DNA of 64,000 nt from Gammaproteobacteria bacterium (GTDB lineage: Bacteria; Pseudomonadota; Gammaproteobacteria; Steroidobacterales; Rariloculaceae): the NCBI GenBank assembly GCA_050485645.1, contig JBJHBT010000004.1:54220-118219 (forward strand), written 5' to 3'. Each line of letters starts with the position of its first letter. Within the stretch, counting starts at the first letter, position 1. The position numbers and the translations under genes were made by a program. Shown here piece by piece: positions 1-10,530 of this stretch. The notes under the pieces are model-generated. The model did not search any database and was not told the origin of the DNA. It saw only the letters and a list, made by a program, of their open reading frames with translations.

Positions 1-712
1 CGATGGCGGGAGCGGCGACCCGCCGGCGGCGAAGCTCTGGGAAGCGGCGGACGTTGACTATCTTCGCACCGAAATGCCGATTGCACTGGAACAGGCACGG
101 GCCGGCCTGCGACAGATCGCGGATATTGTGCTGGCAATAAAGAGCTTCTCTCATCCCGGCAAAGGCAGGAAACAGGCGGTGGACCTGAACGCCGCCATCA
201 CGAATGTCACCGTGGTCGCGCGCAACGAGTGGAAGTACGTTGCGGAACTGACCATGGACCTGGAAGAGTCGCTGCCGCCGGTGCTGTGCGATCCATCGTC
301 GGTGAATCAGGCGCTGCTCAACCTGATCGTCAACGCCGCTCAGGCGCTGACCGCGGACAAGACACGTGATGGCTTCGGCCACATCCGCGTTACGTCCCGG
401 CGTGAGGGCGAGCTTGCGGTGATCTGTGTCGACGACGATGGGCCCGGAGTGCCAGAAGCGATTCGCGATCGTATTTTCGATCCGTTCTTCACCACCAAGG
501 ATGTGGGCGAGGGCAGTGGTCAGGGTCTGGCGATCGCGCATCGCGTTGCGGTGGAACATGGTGGTCTGCTGCGACTGGACACGCCGCCGGGCGGCCGCGG
601 CGCACGATTCTGTCTGTCGCTGCCGTTGGCGGGTGGTGGCCGCGATGAGGACGAGGTTGCCGGCACGTCTGCCGGCGGCACCGCCAGCACTGCCACGTCG
701 GTGCAGCCATGA
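1..712 (+). CDS. Sensor histidine kinase, C-terminal part (runs off window start)
   Basis: HATPase boxes NQALLNLIVNA, DDDGPG, FDPFFTTK, GSGQGL. Confidence 0.9.
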   Translation, partial: DGGSGDPPAAKLWEAADVDYLRTEMPIALEQARAGLRQIADIVLAIKSFSHPGKGRKQAVDLNAAITNVTVVARNEWKYVAELTMDLEESLPPVLCDPSSVNQALLNLIVNAAQALTADKTRDGFGHIRVTSRREGELAVICVDDDGPGVPEAIRDRIFDPFFTTKDVGEGSGQGLAIAHRVAVEHGGLLRLDTPPGGRGARFCLSLPLAGGGRDEDEVAGTSAGGTASTATSVQP

Positions 713-1974
713 AGCCGGTTTCGACGCCGGTGCAGTGGCGCGATGACATGGCGGGCCGGCCCGAACCGGTGCCATGGCGAATTCTGTTTGTCGATGACGA
801 CAGGCAGGTGCTCGACGGGTTGCGACGGATGCTGCGTCCGCTACGCGATGTCTGGCAGCTCTCGTTTACGACGGAGCCTCATGGCGCGCTCGAACTGATG
901 GCAGGACAAGGTGTCGACGTGATCGTCACCGACATGCGCATGCCGGAGATGGATGGCGTGCGTCTGCTGCGTGAGGTGCGCGCGCGACATCCGGGAACGG
1001 CGCGTATCGTCCTGTCCGGTTACGCGAACCGCGATCTGGCGGTTCACGCCGCGGCGCTGGCTCACCAGTGCCTCGCCAAACCGTGTGAGCCGGACTTTCT
1101 GATCAGCGTGCTGCGCAGACTTCAGAAGGCACACCAGCGGCTGGCCGATGCAGAGCTCGCGCGCGCGATCACAGGCCTCGTGTCGATCACAGGTTCTGTC
1201 GCGCAGCTGGAACAGGTCCGAAAGCTCGCTTCTGGCGGCGGCGGTGAGCTTGAGTCGCTGGTGCGGTCTGTGGAGCTGGATACGGCGATCACTGCCAGGG
1301 TGCTGCAGCTGGTCAGCTCGTCGTTTTTCGGAGCGGGCCGTGAAGTATCGACGGTTGCGGAGGGCGTGTCGTTCCTGGGCAGCGGGGTGCTCGGTCAGCT
1401 GGCCGCCATCGATGGCGCGCTGGTCTGCACAGCCGATGCACATGACAGTGTCGATGTGGGGGCGCTGTCGCGCCATGCGCTTCGAGTCTCCAGGCTCGCC
1501 GCGCGCATCGCAGTGCTTGAAGGATGCGACGAAGCGGAGCAGGCGGTGGCACGCATCGGGGGGCAGCTGCACGATGTCGGCCGCCTGGCGCTGCTGGCGG
1601 CCAAGGGCGCATGCGAACGGCCTGATGCGCCTCACGTGCCAGCCGATCCCGCATCAGGCGGTTCATGGCCGGGTCACGCCGCCCACGCGGCGGCCGGCGC
1701 CTACCTGACGGCACTGTGGGGATTACCTGATAACATAGTCGACGTCATCGCCTCCCAGTGCAATCCGGTGGCATGTCGGCCAGGAGAGTTCAGTGCAGCG
1801 GTCGCGGTGCATGCCGCGGATGTGCTGATCCATGAACTGGATGGCGAGGAGGATTGCAGGCCGGCGCTCGCCACCGATTGCCTGGACTTTCCAGGCATGG
1901 TTAACCGGATGCGGATGTGGATGGACGAGGCGGTCGCATTCCCCGGGGGCGCCTGGCGCAGTCCGATCTCCTGA
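709..1974 (+). CDS. Response regulator with receiver and HDOD domains
   Basis: ILFVDDD...VIVTDMRMP...LAKPC receiver, then HDOD-like region with LHDVG; 4-bp overlap with kinase. Confidence 0.85.
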   Translation: MKPVSTPVQWRDDMAGRPEPVPWRILFVDDDRQVLDGLRRMLRPLRDVWQLSFTTEPHGALELMAGQGVDVIVTDMRMPEMDGVRLLREVRARHPGTARIVLSGYANRDLAVHAAALAHQCLAKPCEPDFLISVLRRLQKAHQRLADAELARAITGLVSITGSVAQLEQVRKLASGGGGELESLVRSVELDTAITARVLQLVSSSFFGAGREVSTVAEGVSFLGSGVLGQLAAIDGALVCTADAHDSVDVGALSRHALRVSRLAARIAVLEGCDEAEQAVARIGGQLHDVGRLALLAAKGACERPDAPHVPADPASGGSWPGHAAHAAAGAYLTALWGLPDNIVDVIASQCNPVACRPGEFSAAVAVHAADVLIHELDGEEDCRPALATDCLDFPGMVNRMRMWMDEAVAFPGGAWRSPIS

Positions 1975-1991
1975 ACCATGGATGGCTGGCA

Positions 1992-2381
1992 GTGACCACA
2001 CAACCAGGGCCAAAACGCCATACCTTGCTGATCGTCGACGACGAACCTCAGGTCTGCGATACGCTGCGCCGGGTTCTGTATCGGCACGGCTATGAGGTAT
2101 TGACGGCGCACAGCGCCGCGCAGGCGCTGGCGGTGCTGGAAGCACAGCACGTTGATGCCATCGTCAGCGATCAGCGCATGCCGCGGGAAACCGGCATTTC
2201 ACTGCTCAGAACGGTGCGCGACCGCTGGCCGGACGTGGTGCGTATCCTGCTCAGCGGTGCGGCCGATGCGGACGAAGTCGACGGCGCCCTGCGCGACGGT
2301 ACCGTTGACTGCTTTCTTGCCAAGCCTGTGTTGGGCAGTAAGCTGCGCGAGCAGCTGCAGCAGATGCTGTCATCACGATGA
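1992..2381 (+). CDS. Single-domain response regulator
   Basis: LLIVDDE...IVSDQRMP...FLAKP; GTG start chosen to avoid a long overlap. Confidence 0.85.
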   Translation: MTTQPGPKRHTLLIVDDEPQVCDTLRRVLYRHGYEVLTAHSAAQALAVLEAQHVDAIVSDQRMPRETGISLLRTVRDRWPDVVRILLSGAADADEVDGALRDGTVDCFLAKPVLGSKLREQLQQMLSSR

Positions 2382-3922
2382 CGGGCGTGACAACGACCAC
2401 GGATGATCTGCAACTGCTGCTCGCGGTGTTGCCCCGCCCTCTGCAGGCGCGGTTCGCCGGTGTCGACGCGACGGCATTGCTGGAAGTGGTCATGGATCTT
2501 GGGCGCATACCGGAAGCGCGCTCGATCAATGGCGTGACTGCGCTGGCGGAAACAGCGGTCAGCCATGCCGATATCGATCATGTCGTGCGCGCCGTGGGCG
2601 CCTTCGGGGATGACAATCGCGCGGGCCTGGAGGGGACACTGCATCGCATATCCGCGATCCGCAACCGGCGCGGTGATGTGGTCGGCCTGACCCTGCGGGT
2701 GGGCAGGGCGGTATCCGGCACCATCGATGCCATTCGTGACCTGATGGAGAGTGGCCGCAGCGTGCTGCTGCTGGGCCGGCCTGGCGTCGGCAAGACCACT
2801 CGCCTGCGCGAGGCGGCGCGACTGCTGGCGGATGAACTGGGCAAACGGGTTGTCGTGATCGATACCTCAAACGAGATCGGTGGCGATGGCGATGTGCCGC
2901 ATCCGGCAATCGGCCGTTCGCGGCGCATGCAGGTCAGCCATACGAGGCTTCAGCACGCCGTGATGATCGAAGCGGTCGAGAACCACATGCCCGAGGCCAT
3001 CGTGGTCGACGAGATCGGCACCGAAGCCGAAACGCTGGCGGCGCGGACAATTGCCGAGCGGGGGGTGCAGTTGATCGGGACGGCGCACGGTATCACGCTC
3101 GAGAACCTGGTGCTGAACCCGACGCTGGCGGATCTCATAGGCGGTGTGCAGACTGTCGTGCTCGGCGACGAAGAGGCGCGCATGCGCGGCACGCAGAAGA
3201 CCGTGACGGAACGCCGGACGCTACCGACCTTCGACGCCGTTGTCGAGATCGTGGATCGGGAACGTCTCGTGGTCCACGTGGACACTGCCGCGGCCGTGGA
3301 CCGGATTCTGCGTGGCCGGTCGGCGGGTGGAATGGAACGCTCGCCACCCTGCCGGTACACGGCAGCGGCCGCCGACACGGAACAGGACCCGCTGCCCGAG
3401 GCTCTCTCGCCGGATCAGGGGCGCGTCCCGCGGCGGCTGTACCCCTACTGCGTGAGTCGCGACCAGCTCGAGCGCGTCATCCGCGAGCTGCGGCTCGACG
3501 TGCGTACGGTGTCGCGTCCGGAAAGAGCCGATGCCATCATCGCATTGCGTGGCCGCACCGATGATGGCCGTCTGCGCCGGATTGTGGCGCAAACCGGGCT
3601 GCCGCTGCACATGGCCAGGAAGAACACCACGGCGCAGCTGCGACGCGTATTGCAGGATCTCTTCGCTGTCCTGCCGGGCAGTAGCCGCGAGGATGTGGAT
3701 GCAGCGCTGCATGAAGCGCGAGCCGGCGTGGAGCGCGCCCGTCGGGACGGCGTGGAAGTCGAATTGTCGCCACGGTCGGCCCGACTGCGCAGGCTGCAGC
3801 ACCGCGTAGTCGTCCGCGAGCAGATGATGGCCGAAAGTCGAGGCAGCGAACCGCGCCGCCACCTGGTCATCCAGCCGCACGAACCGCACCTTGAACGGGA
3901 TCTTGCCGGCAGCCGGGCGTGA
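2378..3922 (+). CDS. Ycf45/SpoIIIAA-like AAA ATPase with C-terminal R3H domain
   Basis: Walker A GRPGVGKT, IDTSNEIGGDG, Walker B IVVDEIG, C-terminal RRLQH and SRGSEPRR. Confidence 0.85.
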   Translation: MTGVTTTTDDLQLLLAVLPRPLQARFAGVDATALLEVVMDLGRIPEARSINGVTALAETAVSHADIDHVVRAVGAFGDDNRAGLEGTLHRISAIRNRRGDVVGLTLRVGRAVSGTIDAIRDLMESGRSVLLLGRPGVGKTTRLREAARLLADELGKRVVVIDTSNEIGGDGDVPHPAIGRSRRMQVSHTRLQHAVMIEAVENHMPEAIVVDEIGTEAETLAARTIAERGVQLIGTAHGITLENLVLNPTLADLIGGVQTVVLGDEEARMRGTQKTVTERRTLPTFDAVVEIVDRERLVVHVDTAAAVDRILRGRSAGGMERSPPCRYTAAAADTEQDPLPEALSPDQGRVPRRLYPYCVSRDQLERVIRELRLDVRTVSRPERADAIIALRGRTDDGRLRRIVAQTGLPLHMARKNTTAQLRRVLQDLFAVLPGSSREDVDAALHEARAGVERARRDGVEVELSPRSARLRRLQHRVVVREQMMAESRGSEPRRHLVIQPHEPHLERDLAGSRA

Positions 3923-5184
3923 ACGGCACCGCACCCGGCCAGACAGCGGCCCTGGCCGGGCCTTCCTACGCGATCCTTGCCGCGATCAGCCTGTGCCACT
4001 TTCTGAACGACATGATGCAGTCGTTGCTGCCGGCCATCTACCCGATCCTGCGTGCGAACTATGGCCTGAGCTTTGCACAGATCGGATTGCTGACATTCAC
4101 CTTCCAGTGCACGGCTTCGCTGCTGCAGCCGCTGATCGGTCTGTACACAGACCGCAGGCCCCAGCCGTACTCGCTGCCGTTCGGGATGGGGTTCAGTCTG
4201 CTTGGGCTGCTGCTGCTCGCACACGCCACAGCCTATGGCGGGCTGTTGCTTGGCGCGGCGCTGATTGGCAGCGGCTCGGCCGTGCTGCATCCGGAGTCGT
4301 CGCGCGTCGCGCGCATGGCGTCGGGCGGGCAGCATGGGCTTGCACAGTCGCTGTTCCAGGTTGGCGGCAATATCGGTTCGGCGACCGGGCCACTGCTGGC
4401 GGCGTTCATCGTGCTTCGCTACGGGCAGGAGAGTATTGCCTGGTTCGGTGTGGCGGCACTGCTGGGCATCGCGGTGCTGATTCGGGTCGGGCGCTGGTAC
4501 AGCGAACAGCCTCTGGCGACGACCGCGGCGCGCGGAGGGCTGTCGGCCGAAGCAGCCGGTGTGCACGGGCGGGTGAAGCTGGCGCTGGCGATTCTGGTCG
4601 TGATGATTCTGTCCAAGTTTCTGTACACCGCCAGCATGTCGAGCTACTACACGTTCTACCTGATCAATCAGTTCGAAGTGCCGGTGCGCACTGCACAGAT
4701 GCATCTGTTCGTGTTTCTGGCAGCCGTGGCGGTCGGGACCGTGGCCGGCGGCAGACTGGGCGATCGATTCGGGCGCAAGCGCGTGATCTGGTTTTCGATT
4801 CTGGGCGTGCTGCCTTTCACGCTGGCTTTGCCGCATGCGAATCAGTTCTGGACCGGCGCGCTGACGATTCCCGTTGGACTGATACTGGCGTCTGCGTTTC
4901 CGGCCATCGTGGTCTATGGCCAGGAGCTGCTGCCGAATCGCGTGGGCATGGTGGCAGGACTCTTCTTCGGTCTGGCATTCGGGCTGGGCGGTATCGGTGC
5001 GGCCATGCTGGGCGTGCTCGCCGATCAGACCAGCATCAGAGCCGTCTTTCTGCTGTGCTCGTTTCTGCCGGCGCTGGGTCTGCTGGCTGCATTGCTGCCG
5101 GAGCTGCCTGGGGGTGGTGAATCCGCCGGTAGCAGCTCGGATGTGGTCGTGGACATGGCTGGCGTGGCCGATACGTCGCGATGA
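3919..5184 (+). CDS. fsr: MFS transporter, Fsr (fosmidomycin resistance) family
   Basis: HFLNDMMQSLLPAIYP, HPESSRVARMASGG, GGRLGDRFGRK. Confidence 0.8.
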   Translation: MNGTAPGQTAALAGPSYAILAAISLCHFLNDMMQSLLPAIYPILRANYGLSFAQIGLLTFTFQCTASLLQPLIGLYTDRRPQPYSLPFGMGFSLLGLLLLAHATAYGGLLLGAALIGSGSAVLHPESSRVARMASGGQHGLAQSLFQVGGNIGSATGPLLAAFIVLRYGQESIAWFGVAALLGIAVLIRVGRWYSEQPLATTAARGGLSAEAAGVHGRVKLALAILVVMILSKFLYTASMSSYYTFYLINQFEVPVRTAQMHLFVFLAAVAVGTVAGGRLGDRFGRKRVIWFSILGVLPFTLALPHANQFWTGALTIPVGLILASAFPAIVVYGQELLPNRVGMVAGLFFGLAFGLGGIGAAMLGVLADQTSIRAVFLLCSFLPALGLLAALLPELPGGGESAGSSSDVVVDMAGVADTSR

Positions 5185-5361
5185 GCGGCATGTCGGGGAT
5201 AGCGGTGTGCCGGGGCTGCGGAGCCGGGGCGAGGGCGAGAAGCATCTGAAGGCCTGTCTGCGGTCGCATCCGGACGGTGCCCCGCAGGAGAGCGCATGAC
5301 CCCGATGGGGTCGGAAGCAGGCAGGCCGACGCTGACGCCGGCCTGCCTTGAGAACAACCGC

Positions 5362-5565
5362 TCAGGCGGCTTTGAGGTTTGCGGCAGCCGGACGGCCGCG
5401 TTCGGTCTGAACCTCGAACTCGACGCGCTGGCCTTCGCTCAGCGTGCCCAGCCCGGCGCGTTCAACGGCACTGACGTGCACGAAAACGTCACTGCCGCCG
5501 TCTTCCGGAGCAATGAAACCGAAACCCTTGGTGGAATTGAAAAATTTTACTGTACCGATAGCCAT
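5362..5565 (-). CDS. cspA: Cold-shock protein (67 aa)
   Basis: GTVKFFN, RNP1 KGFGF, RNP2 VFVH; GGAGG upstream of ATG 5565. Confidence 0.95.
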   Translation of the reverse strand: MAIGTVKFFNSTKGFGFIAPEDGGSDVFVHVSAVERAGLGTLSEGQRVEFEVQTERGRPAAANLKAA

Positions 5566-5973
5566 GTTCTGGCCTCCTGGATATCTTTGAATATCGCGCG
5601 CAAATCGGGCGCGAAACACGAACAACCTGATCGCATGGGTGTCTTGAGTCGTACGCCCGGGAACCGGACGGGTAGCTTGAAGGCAGGCCAAAACGTAGAT
5701 CGCGGGGGCATCTTGCCTCAAGTGCGCAAGATTTGCAACCGCGGCATGGTCGCGTATCGATGGCGCGCTGCGAGGCAGGCCGTTCAGGGATGCTCGGGAT
5801 CGCCGCCAGGAACCGGTACGCTGTTGGTGATGCCGCACCGCCGATGTCGCACGGGCGATGTCACGGGGGGTGATGTCACGGGGTAGTGCGTGACCGCAGG
5901 CATCGCGTCTATACTGCGCGCCGGCCCCTCCGCCCGTCCTGGCATGGCAATCCGGAATCCGGGGATACAGCGC

Positions 5974-6900
5974 TTGTCGTCGATCATCACAATCTCGGGT
6001 CTGTCCAAGACCTTCGCGTCGGGTCTCCAGGCGCTGAAGAATATCGATCTGGAAGTGAGGCGCGGGGAAATACTCGCACTGCTCGGGCCCAACGGCGCCG
6101 GTAAGACGACGCTGATCAGCGTCATCTGCGGCATCGTCAATCCCGGCGGTGGGCGCGTACTGGTCGATGGGCACGACATCATTACCGACTACCGTGCCGC
6201 CCGCTCGCTGATTGGCCTGGTGCCACAGGAGCTGACCACGGACGCGTTCGAGAGCGTCTGGGACACCGTGGCGTTCAGCCGCGGTCTGTTCGGCAAGCCG
6301 GCTGATCCGGCGCATCTGGAAAAAGTGCTCAGGGATCTGTCGCTGTGGGACAAGAAGGACACCCGCATCATGGCCCTGTCCGGCGGCATGAAGCGGCGGC
6401 TGCTGATTGCCAAGGCCCTGTCGCACGAGCCCCGCATTCTGTTTCTCGACGAGCCCTCTGCCGGCGTGGACGTAGAACTGCGTCAGGAGATGTGGGCGCT
6501 GATTCGTGCACTGCGGGAATCCGGCGTGACGATCATACTCACCACGCATTACATCGAGGAGGCCGAGCAGATGGCCGATCGGATCGGTGTGATCAACCAC
6601 GGTGAAATGATACTGGTGGAGGAGACCGCCGCGCTGATGCGTCAGCTGGGCAAGAAGGAGCTGACCCTGCACCTGCATGAGCCACTGGACCGCGTTCCCG
6701 ACAGCCTGGCGGCCCACGGTCTGGAACTGACGGCCGATGGTACCGAGGTGAAGTATTCCTACGATACACAGCGGGACCGGACCGGCATCGCCGCGCTGAT
6801 CAGTGACCTGAATGAGGCGGGTATCCGCTTCAACGATCTCAGGACACGTCAGAGTTCGCTGGAGGACATATTCGTGAATCTCGTGAGGCGTAGTCGATGA
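5974..6900 (+). CDS. ABC-2 transporter ATP-binding protein (YadG-like)
   Basis: [21 protein letters not shown]; start uncertain (ORF opens at 5890). Confidence 0.9.
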   Translation: MSSIITISGLSKTFASGLQALKNIDLEVRRGEILALLGPNGAGKTTLISVICGIVNPGGGRVLVDGHDIITDYRAARSLIGLVPQELTTDAFESVWDTVAFSRGLFGKPADPAHLEKVLRDLSLWDKKDTRIMALSGGMKRRLLIAKALSHEPRILFLDEPSAGVDVELRQEMWALIRALRESGVTIILTTHYIEEAEQMADRIGVINHGEMILVEETAALMRQLGKKELTLHLHEPLDRVPDSLAAHGLELTADGTEVKYSYDTQRDRTGIAALISDLNEAGIRFNDLRTRQSSLEDIFVNLVRRSR

Positions 6901-7658
6901 ACCTGCGTGGCGTATACGCAATTTATCGTTTCGAAATGGCGCGAACCGCACGTACGCTGTTTCAGAGCATCGTGTCGCCGGTGGTTTCCACGTCGCTGTA
7001 TTTCGTCGTGTTCGGGGCCGCCATCGGGCCGCGGATCGCGGAAATGGACGGCGTCACCTACGGGTCGTTTCTGGTGCCTGGCCTGATCATGCTGATGCTG
7101 CTTACGCAGAGCGTGTCCAACGCGTCTTTCGGCATCTATTTTCCGCGTTTCACGGGCACCATCTACGAACTGCTGTCGGCGCCAGTGTCGTTCTTCGAGG
7201 CGCTGCTGGGTTATGTTGGCGCGGCTGCCACCAAGTCCATCATCCTCGGGCTGATCATCCTGGCAACGTCCGCGCTGTTCGTGCCGCTGCAGATCAGCCA
7301 TCCGTTCTGGATGCTGCTGTTTCTCGTTCTGACCGCGGTCACTTTCAGTCTGTTCGGATTCATACTGGGCATCTGGGCCGACAGTTTCGAGAAGCTGCAG
7401 ATTGTTCCGCTGCTCATCATCACACCGCTGGCGTTTCTCGGCGGCACGTTCTATCCCATCAGCATTCTGTCGGAAACCTGGCAGACGATTACGCTGTTCA
7501 ATCCGGTTGTCTACCTGATCAGCGGCTTTCGCTGGAGTTTCTATGGCATAGCGGACGTCAACGTCGTGGTCAGCCTGATGATGACCATGCTGTTCATGCT
7601 TGCATGTCTTGGCATCGTCTGGTGGATGTTCCGGACGGGATATCGCCTCAAGTCGTGA
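6897..7658 (+). CDS. ABC-2 permease (YadH-like)
   Basis: Multi-pass hydrophobic, [24 protein letters not shown]; coupled to the ATPase. Confidence 0.9.
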   Translation: MNLRGVYAIYRFEMARTARTLFQSIVSPVVSTSLYFVVFGAAIGPRIAEMDGVTYGSFLVPGLIMLMLLTQSVSNASFGIYFPRFTGTIYELLSAPVSFFEALLGYVGAAATKSIILGLIILATSALFVPLQISHPFWMLLFLVLTAVTFSLFGFILGIWADSFEKLQIVPLLIITPLAFLGGTFYPISILSETWQTITLFNPVVYLISGFRWSFYGIADVNVVVSLMMTMLFMLACLGIVWWMFRTGYRLKS

Positions 7659-7698
7659 GCGCGCTTGTGCCGTGAGCGCTTGCAGGCGGTGACCGCAT

Positions 7699-8064
7699 TC
7701 AGCGCAGCAGCATGAAGAACGGAATCATCGTTAGGGCGAGAACGAAGGCAATCGCGGCGACCAGTCCCAGCAAACGCAGCGGCTGCTCGCGCGCCACCGT
7801 CCATAGCGTCGGGACTTCACCGGCACGGCGAGCCGCTTCATGCGCGGCGCGTGCCCTGGCATGCCGTTCGCGCTGGTAGTCGGCCAGCAGCTGCCTGGCG
7901 CGGTCGGCATCGTGGTTGTCACGCAGCCAGATGCCGCCGGCCGATATTCCCCAGCGGCTGGGGCGGGTCTCGTACCAGGCGACACCGTGATGCTCGAGCA
8001 GATCCCTGACTTCCTGTGCCTCGTCGTCGGGGACATATCGCAGATTCAGCAGCAGTCGGGCCAT
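7699..8064 (-). CDS. Small membrane protein (DUF6164-like)
   Basis: LLNLRYVPDDEA...WYET...WGIS and a C-terminal TM helix; family recalled. Confidence 0.7.
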   Translation of the reverse strand: MARLLLNLRYVPDDEAQEVRDLLEHHGVAWYETRPSRWGISAGGIWLRDNHDADRARQLLADYQRERHARARAAHEAARRAGEVPTLWTVAREQPLRLLGLVAAIAFVLALTMIPFFMLLR

Positions 8065-8166
8065 CAGCTGATCATAACCGACGGCGGAAACTTGCGCCGT
8101 GGTAGCGGCCATGGTCAAAATCCACCTATGTGATCCACGCGATCACGCGGTAACGAGTCGGGAACC

Positions 8167-8484
8167 TTGAATACGGATGGTCTGACCCTCGTCGAGGAGT
8201 GCACAGGGAGCGGTACGCTGGAGTCGGGCGGTCAGCGCAGTCTGCCGGTTCGCTACGAGATCCGCCGTTTTCAGGGAATCACTGCGTCGGGGCTGCCCGT
8301 TCCCGGGTTGCATCGCATCGAAGGGCAGGTCGAACCGCTCACTTCCGACAGTCTGGAGGCCATGGTGGGTGTCGGCGTGACGCTGCGCCTGGACGATGGC
8401 AGGGCACTGGGTGTCACTGTTGCATCAGCACATGGAAGGGTGCTCACGGAAGGACACGGCCCGTCGCGTTGCCACTGCTGCTGA
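8167..8484 (+). CDS. Hypothetical protein ending in CHCC
   Basis: 105-aa ORF filling the gap; TTG start. Confidence 0.6.
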   Translation: MNTDGLTLVEECTGSGTLESGGQRSLPVRYEIRRFQGITASGLPVPGLHRIEGQVEPLTSDSLEAMVGVGVTLRLDDGRALGVTVASAHGRVLTEGHGPSRCHCC

Positions 8485-8560
8485 TCGGCACGGCGTGCAG
8501 CCTCCCGGCTTTGCCGGTAGAGTCGCACTTTGCCGAAATGCCTACGGAAAGGATCAATCG

Positions 8561-9796
8561 ATGAGCGACCCGCGTTCAACGGCGACACCGGATGTCGCGG
8601 CTACGCTGGGCGTGGACGACAGAGGTGGTCGCAGGCGCAGGCGCTGGGGGCGATGGCTGATCGTCGTGGCCGTGATCGCGGGCGGCCTGTGGCTGCTACT
8701 GAGTGCCCGACAGCCGTTGACGCCGTCCTGGGTGACCGATTCGGCACGGCAGGGTGCGATCAGGGTGACCGTCACGGCCACCGGGACACTGCAGCCCACC
8801 AATCAGGTGGATGTTGGCAGCGAGGTATCCGGCCTGATCGCCGAAGTTTTCGTGGACTACAACGCCGCTGTCACGGCGGGCGATCCGCTGGCGCGGCTCG
8901 ACACGGAAGCGCTCGAGGCACGCGCGGCCTCCGCACAGGCATCGCTGGCCGTGGCGCAGGCCTCGCTGACACAGGCCGAGGCCACCGTCAGCGAAACCGA
9001 TGCACAGCTCAACCGCGCGCGCGAACTCGCCGAGCGTGGCCTGGTTTCGCGGCAGAGTCTGGAAGCGGATGAAGCGGCGGCATTGCGGGCACGTGCCGCC
9101 GTTGCCAGCGCGCGCGCTCAGGTTACCGCGTCCAGCGCAACACTGCGCGAGGCCGAAACGTCGCTGCGTAAGGCCGTTATCCGCGCACCGATCGACGGCA
9201 TGGTGATCGCCCGTGAGGTTGATCCGGGTCAGACTGTCGCGGCCAGTTTCCAGACGCCGGTCCTGTTCCGGATAGCCGGTGATCTCACGCGCATGCAGCT
9301 GCATCTGGATCTGGATGAATCCGATGTCGGGCAGGTGCGGGAAGGGCAGCTGGCCGAGTTCCGTGTCGATGCCTATCCCGGCCGCATGTTTGCGGCCGAG
9401 ATCGTTTCCGTGAGATTCAATCCGCGTACGGTGAATAATGTCGTCACTTACGAAAGCGTGCTGTCGGTCGAGAATCCGTCGCTGTTGCTGCGTCCGGGCA
9501 TGACGGCAACCGCCGAGATCATCGTCGAGGAGCGACCGGACGCTCTGCTGGTGCCCAATCGCGCACTACGCTTCCTGCCGCCGTTCGCCGACACCGCCGG
9601 CGCCCGCGCCACGGACGAAGGTGCCCGGGTCTGGGTGCTGCGCAATGGCGAGGCGCAACCGGTGTCGCTGGAAATCGGCGTTACCGACGGGCAGTACACC
9701 GAAGTGCTGGGCGGAGACATCGACCTGAACACCTCCCTGATCGTGGACGTGGAGCGCACCCCCCGCCAGCAGGGAGGCGGCGGTCCGTTCGGATGA
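8561..9796 (+). CDS. Efflux periplasmic adaptor (MacA-like)
   Basis: N-terminal TM, VDVGSEVSG, coiled-coil hairpin, IRAPIDG, GQTVAASFQTP, LRPGMTA. Confidence 0.9.
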   Translation: MSDPRSTATPDVAATLGVDDRGGRRRRRWGRWLIVVAVIAGGLWLLLSARQPLTPSWVTDSARQGAIRVTVTATGTLQPTNQVDVGSEVSGLIAEVFVDYNAAVTAGDPLARLDTEALEARAASAQASLAVAQASLTQAEATVSETDAQLNRARELAERGLVSRQSLEADEAAALRARAAVASARAQVTASSATLREAETSLRKAVIRAPIDGMVIAREVDPGQTVAASFQTPVLFRIAGDLTRMQLHLDLDESDVGQVREGQLAEFRVDAYPGRMFAAEIVSVRFNPRTVNNVVTYESVLSVENPSLLLRPGMTATAEIIVEERPDALLVPNRALRFLPPFADTAGARATDEGARVWVLRNGEAQPVSLEIGVTDGQYTEVLGGDIDLNTSLIVDVERTPRQQGGGGPFG

Positions 9797-10530
9797 GCGC
9801 GCAGCCACAGCGTGCGCCGATCTCGATCGCGCTGCGCGGCGTTTCGCGCATCTACGGCCAGGGGGCGTCGCAGGTCAAGGCGCTCGACAATGTCGATTTC
9901 GAAGTCGGTTCCGGCGAATTCGTCGCACTGATGGGGCCCAGTGGCGCGGGCAAGTCCACCTGCCTGAATGTCCTGGGTTGTCTGGATCGCCCCGACAGCG
10001 GCCAGTACCTGTTCCAGAACGTGGACGCGGCACGGCTGGACAGGCGTGAACGTGCGCTGCTGCGACGCCACTTCATCGGTTTCGTGTTCCAGGGCTTCAA
10101 CCTGTTGAATCGCACCACTGCGCTGGAAAACGTCGAGCTGCCGCTGATCTATCGCCGCATGCCGCGCAAGGAACGCATTGCACGCGCCAGGCACGTGCTC
10201 GGGCTGGTCGGTCTTGCGGGACGCGAACGTCACACGCCGGGTGAGCTCTCCGGGGGGCAGCAGCAGCGCGTGGCCATCGCACGGGCCATCGTCACCGATC
10301 CGCAACTGGTTCTGGCGGATGAACCCACCGGCAATCTCGACAGCGCGATGAGCCGCGAAATCATGCGGCTGCTCACCAGCCTCAACCAGGAACATGGGCT
10401 CACCATCGTCATGGTCACGCACGAGCGCGATATCGCCGCGCATGCACAACGCGAGGTGCATTTCCTTGATGGTCGCATCGTGCGTGACGAGCCGGTATCG
10501 GTGATGCGTTCGGATCAGGCACCGGCATGA
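9793..10530 (+). CDS. MacB/LolD-type ABC ATP-binding subunit
   Basis: [31 protein letters not shown]. Confidence 0.9.
   Translation: MSAQPQRAPISIALRGVSRIYGQGASQVKALDNVDFEVGSGEFVALMGPSGAGKSTCLNVLGCLDRPDSGQYLFQNVDAARLDRRERALLRRHFIGFVFQGFNLLNRTTALENVELPLIYRRMPRKERIARARHVLGLVGLAGRERHTPGELSGGQQQRVAIARAIVTDPQLVLADEPTGNLDSAMSREIMRLLTSLNQEHGLTIVMVTHERDIAAHAQREVHFLDGRIVRDEPVSVMRSDQAPA

Noticed and set aside
5566-5720. cspA 5' UTR thermosensor
   Set aside because: Plausible by position, but no structure could be verified by eye
5362-6951. 529-aa ORF apparently fused to CspA
   Set aside because: Antisense shadow of the ABC gene; the real start is ATG 5565 with an RBS
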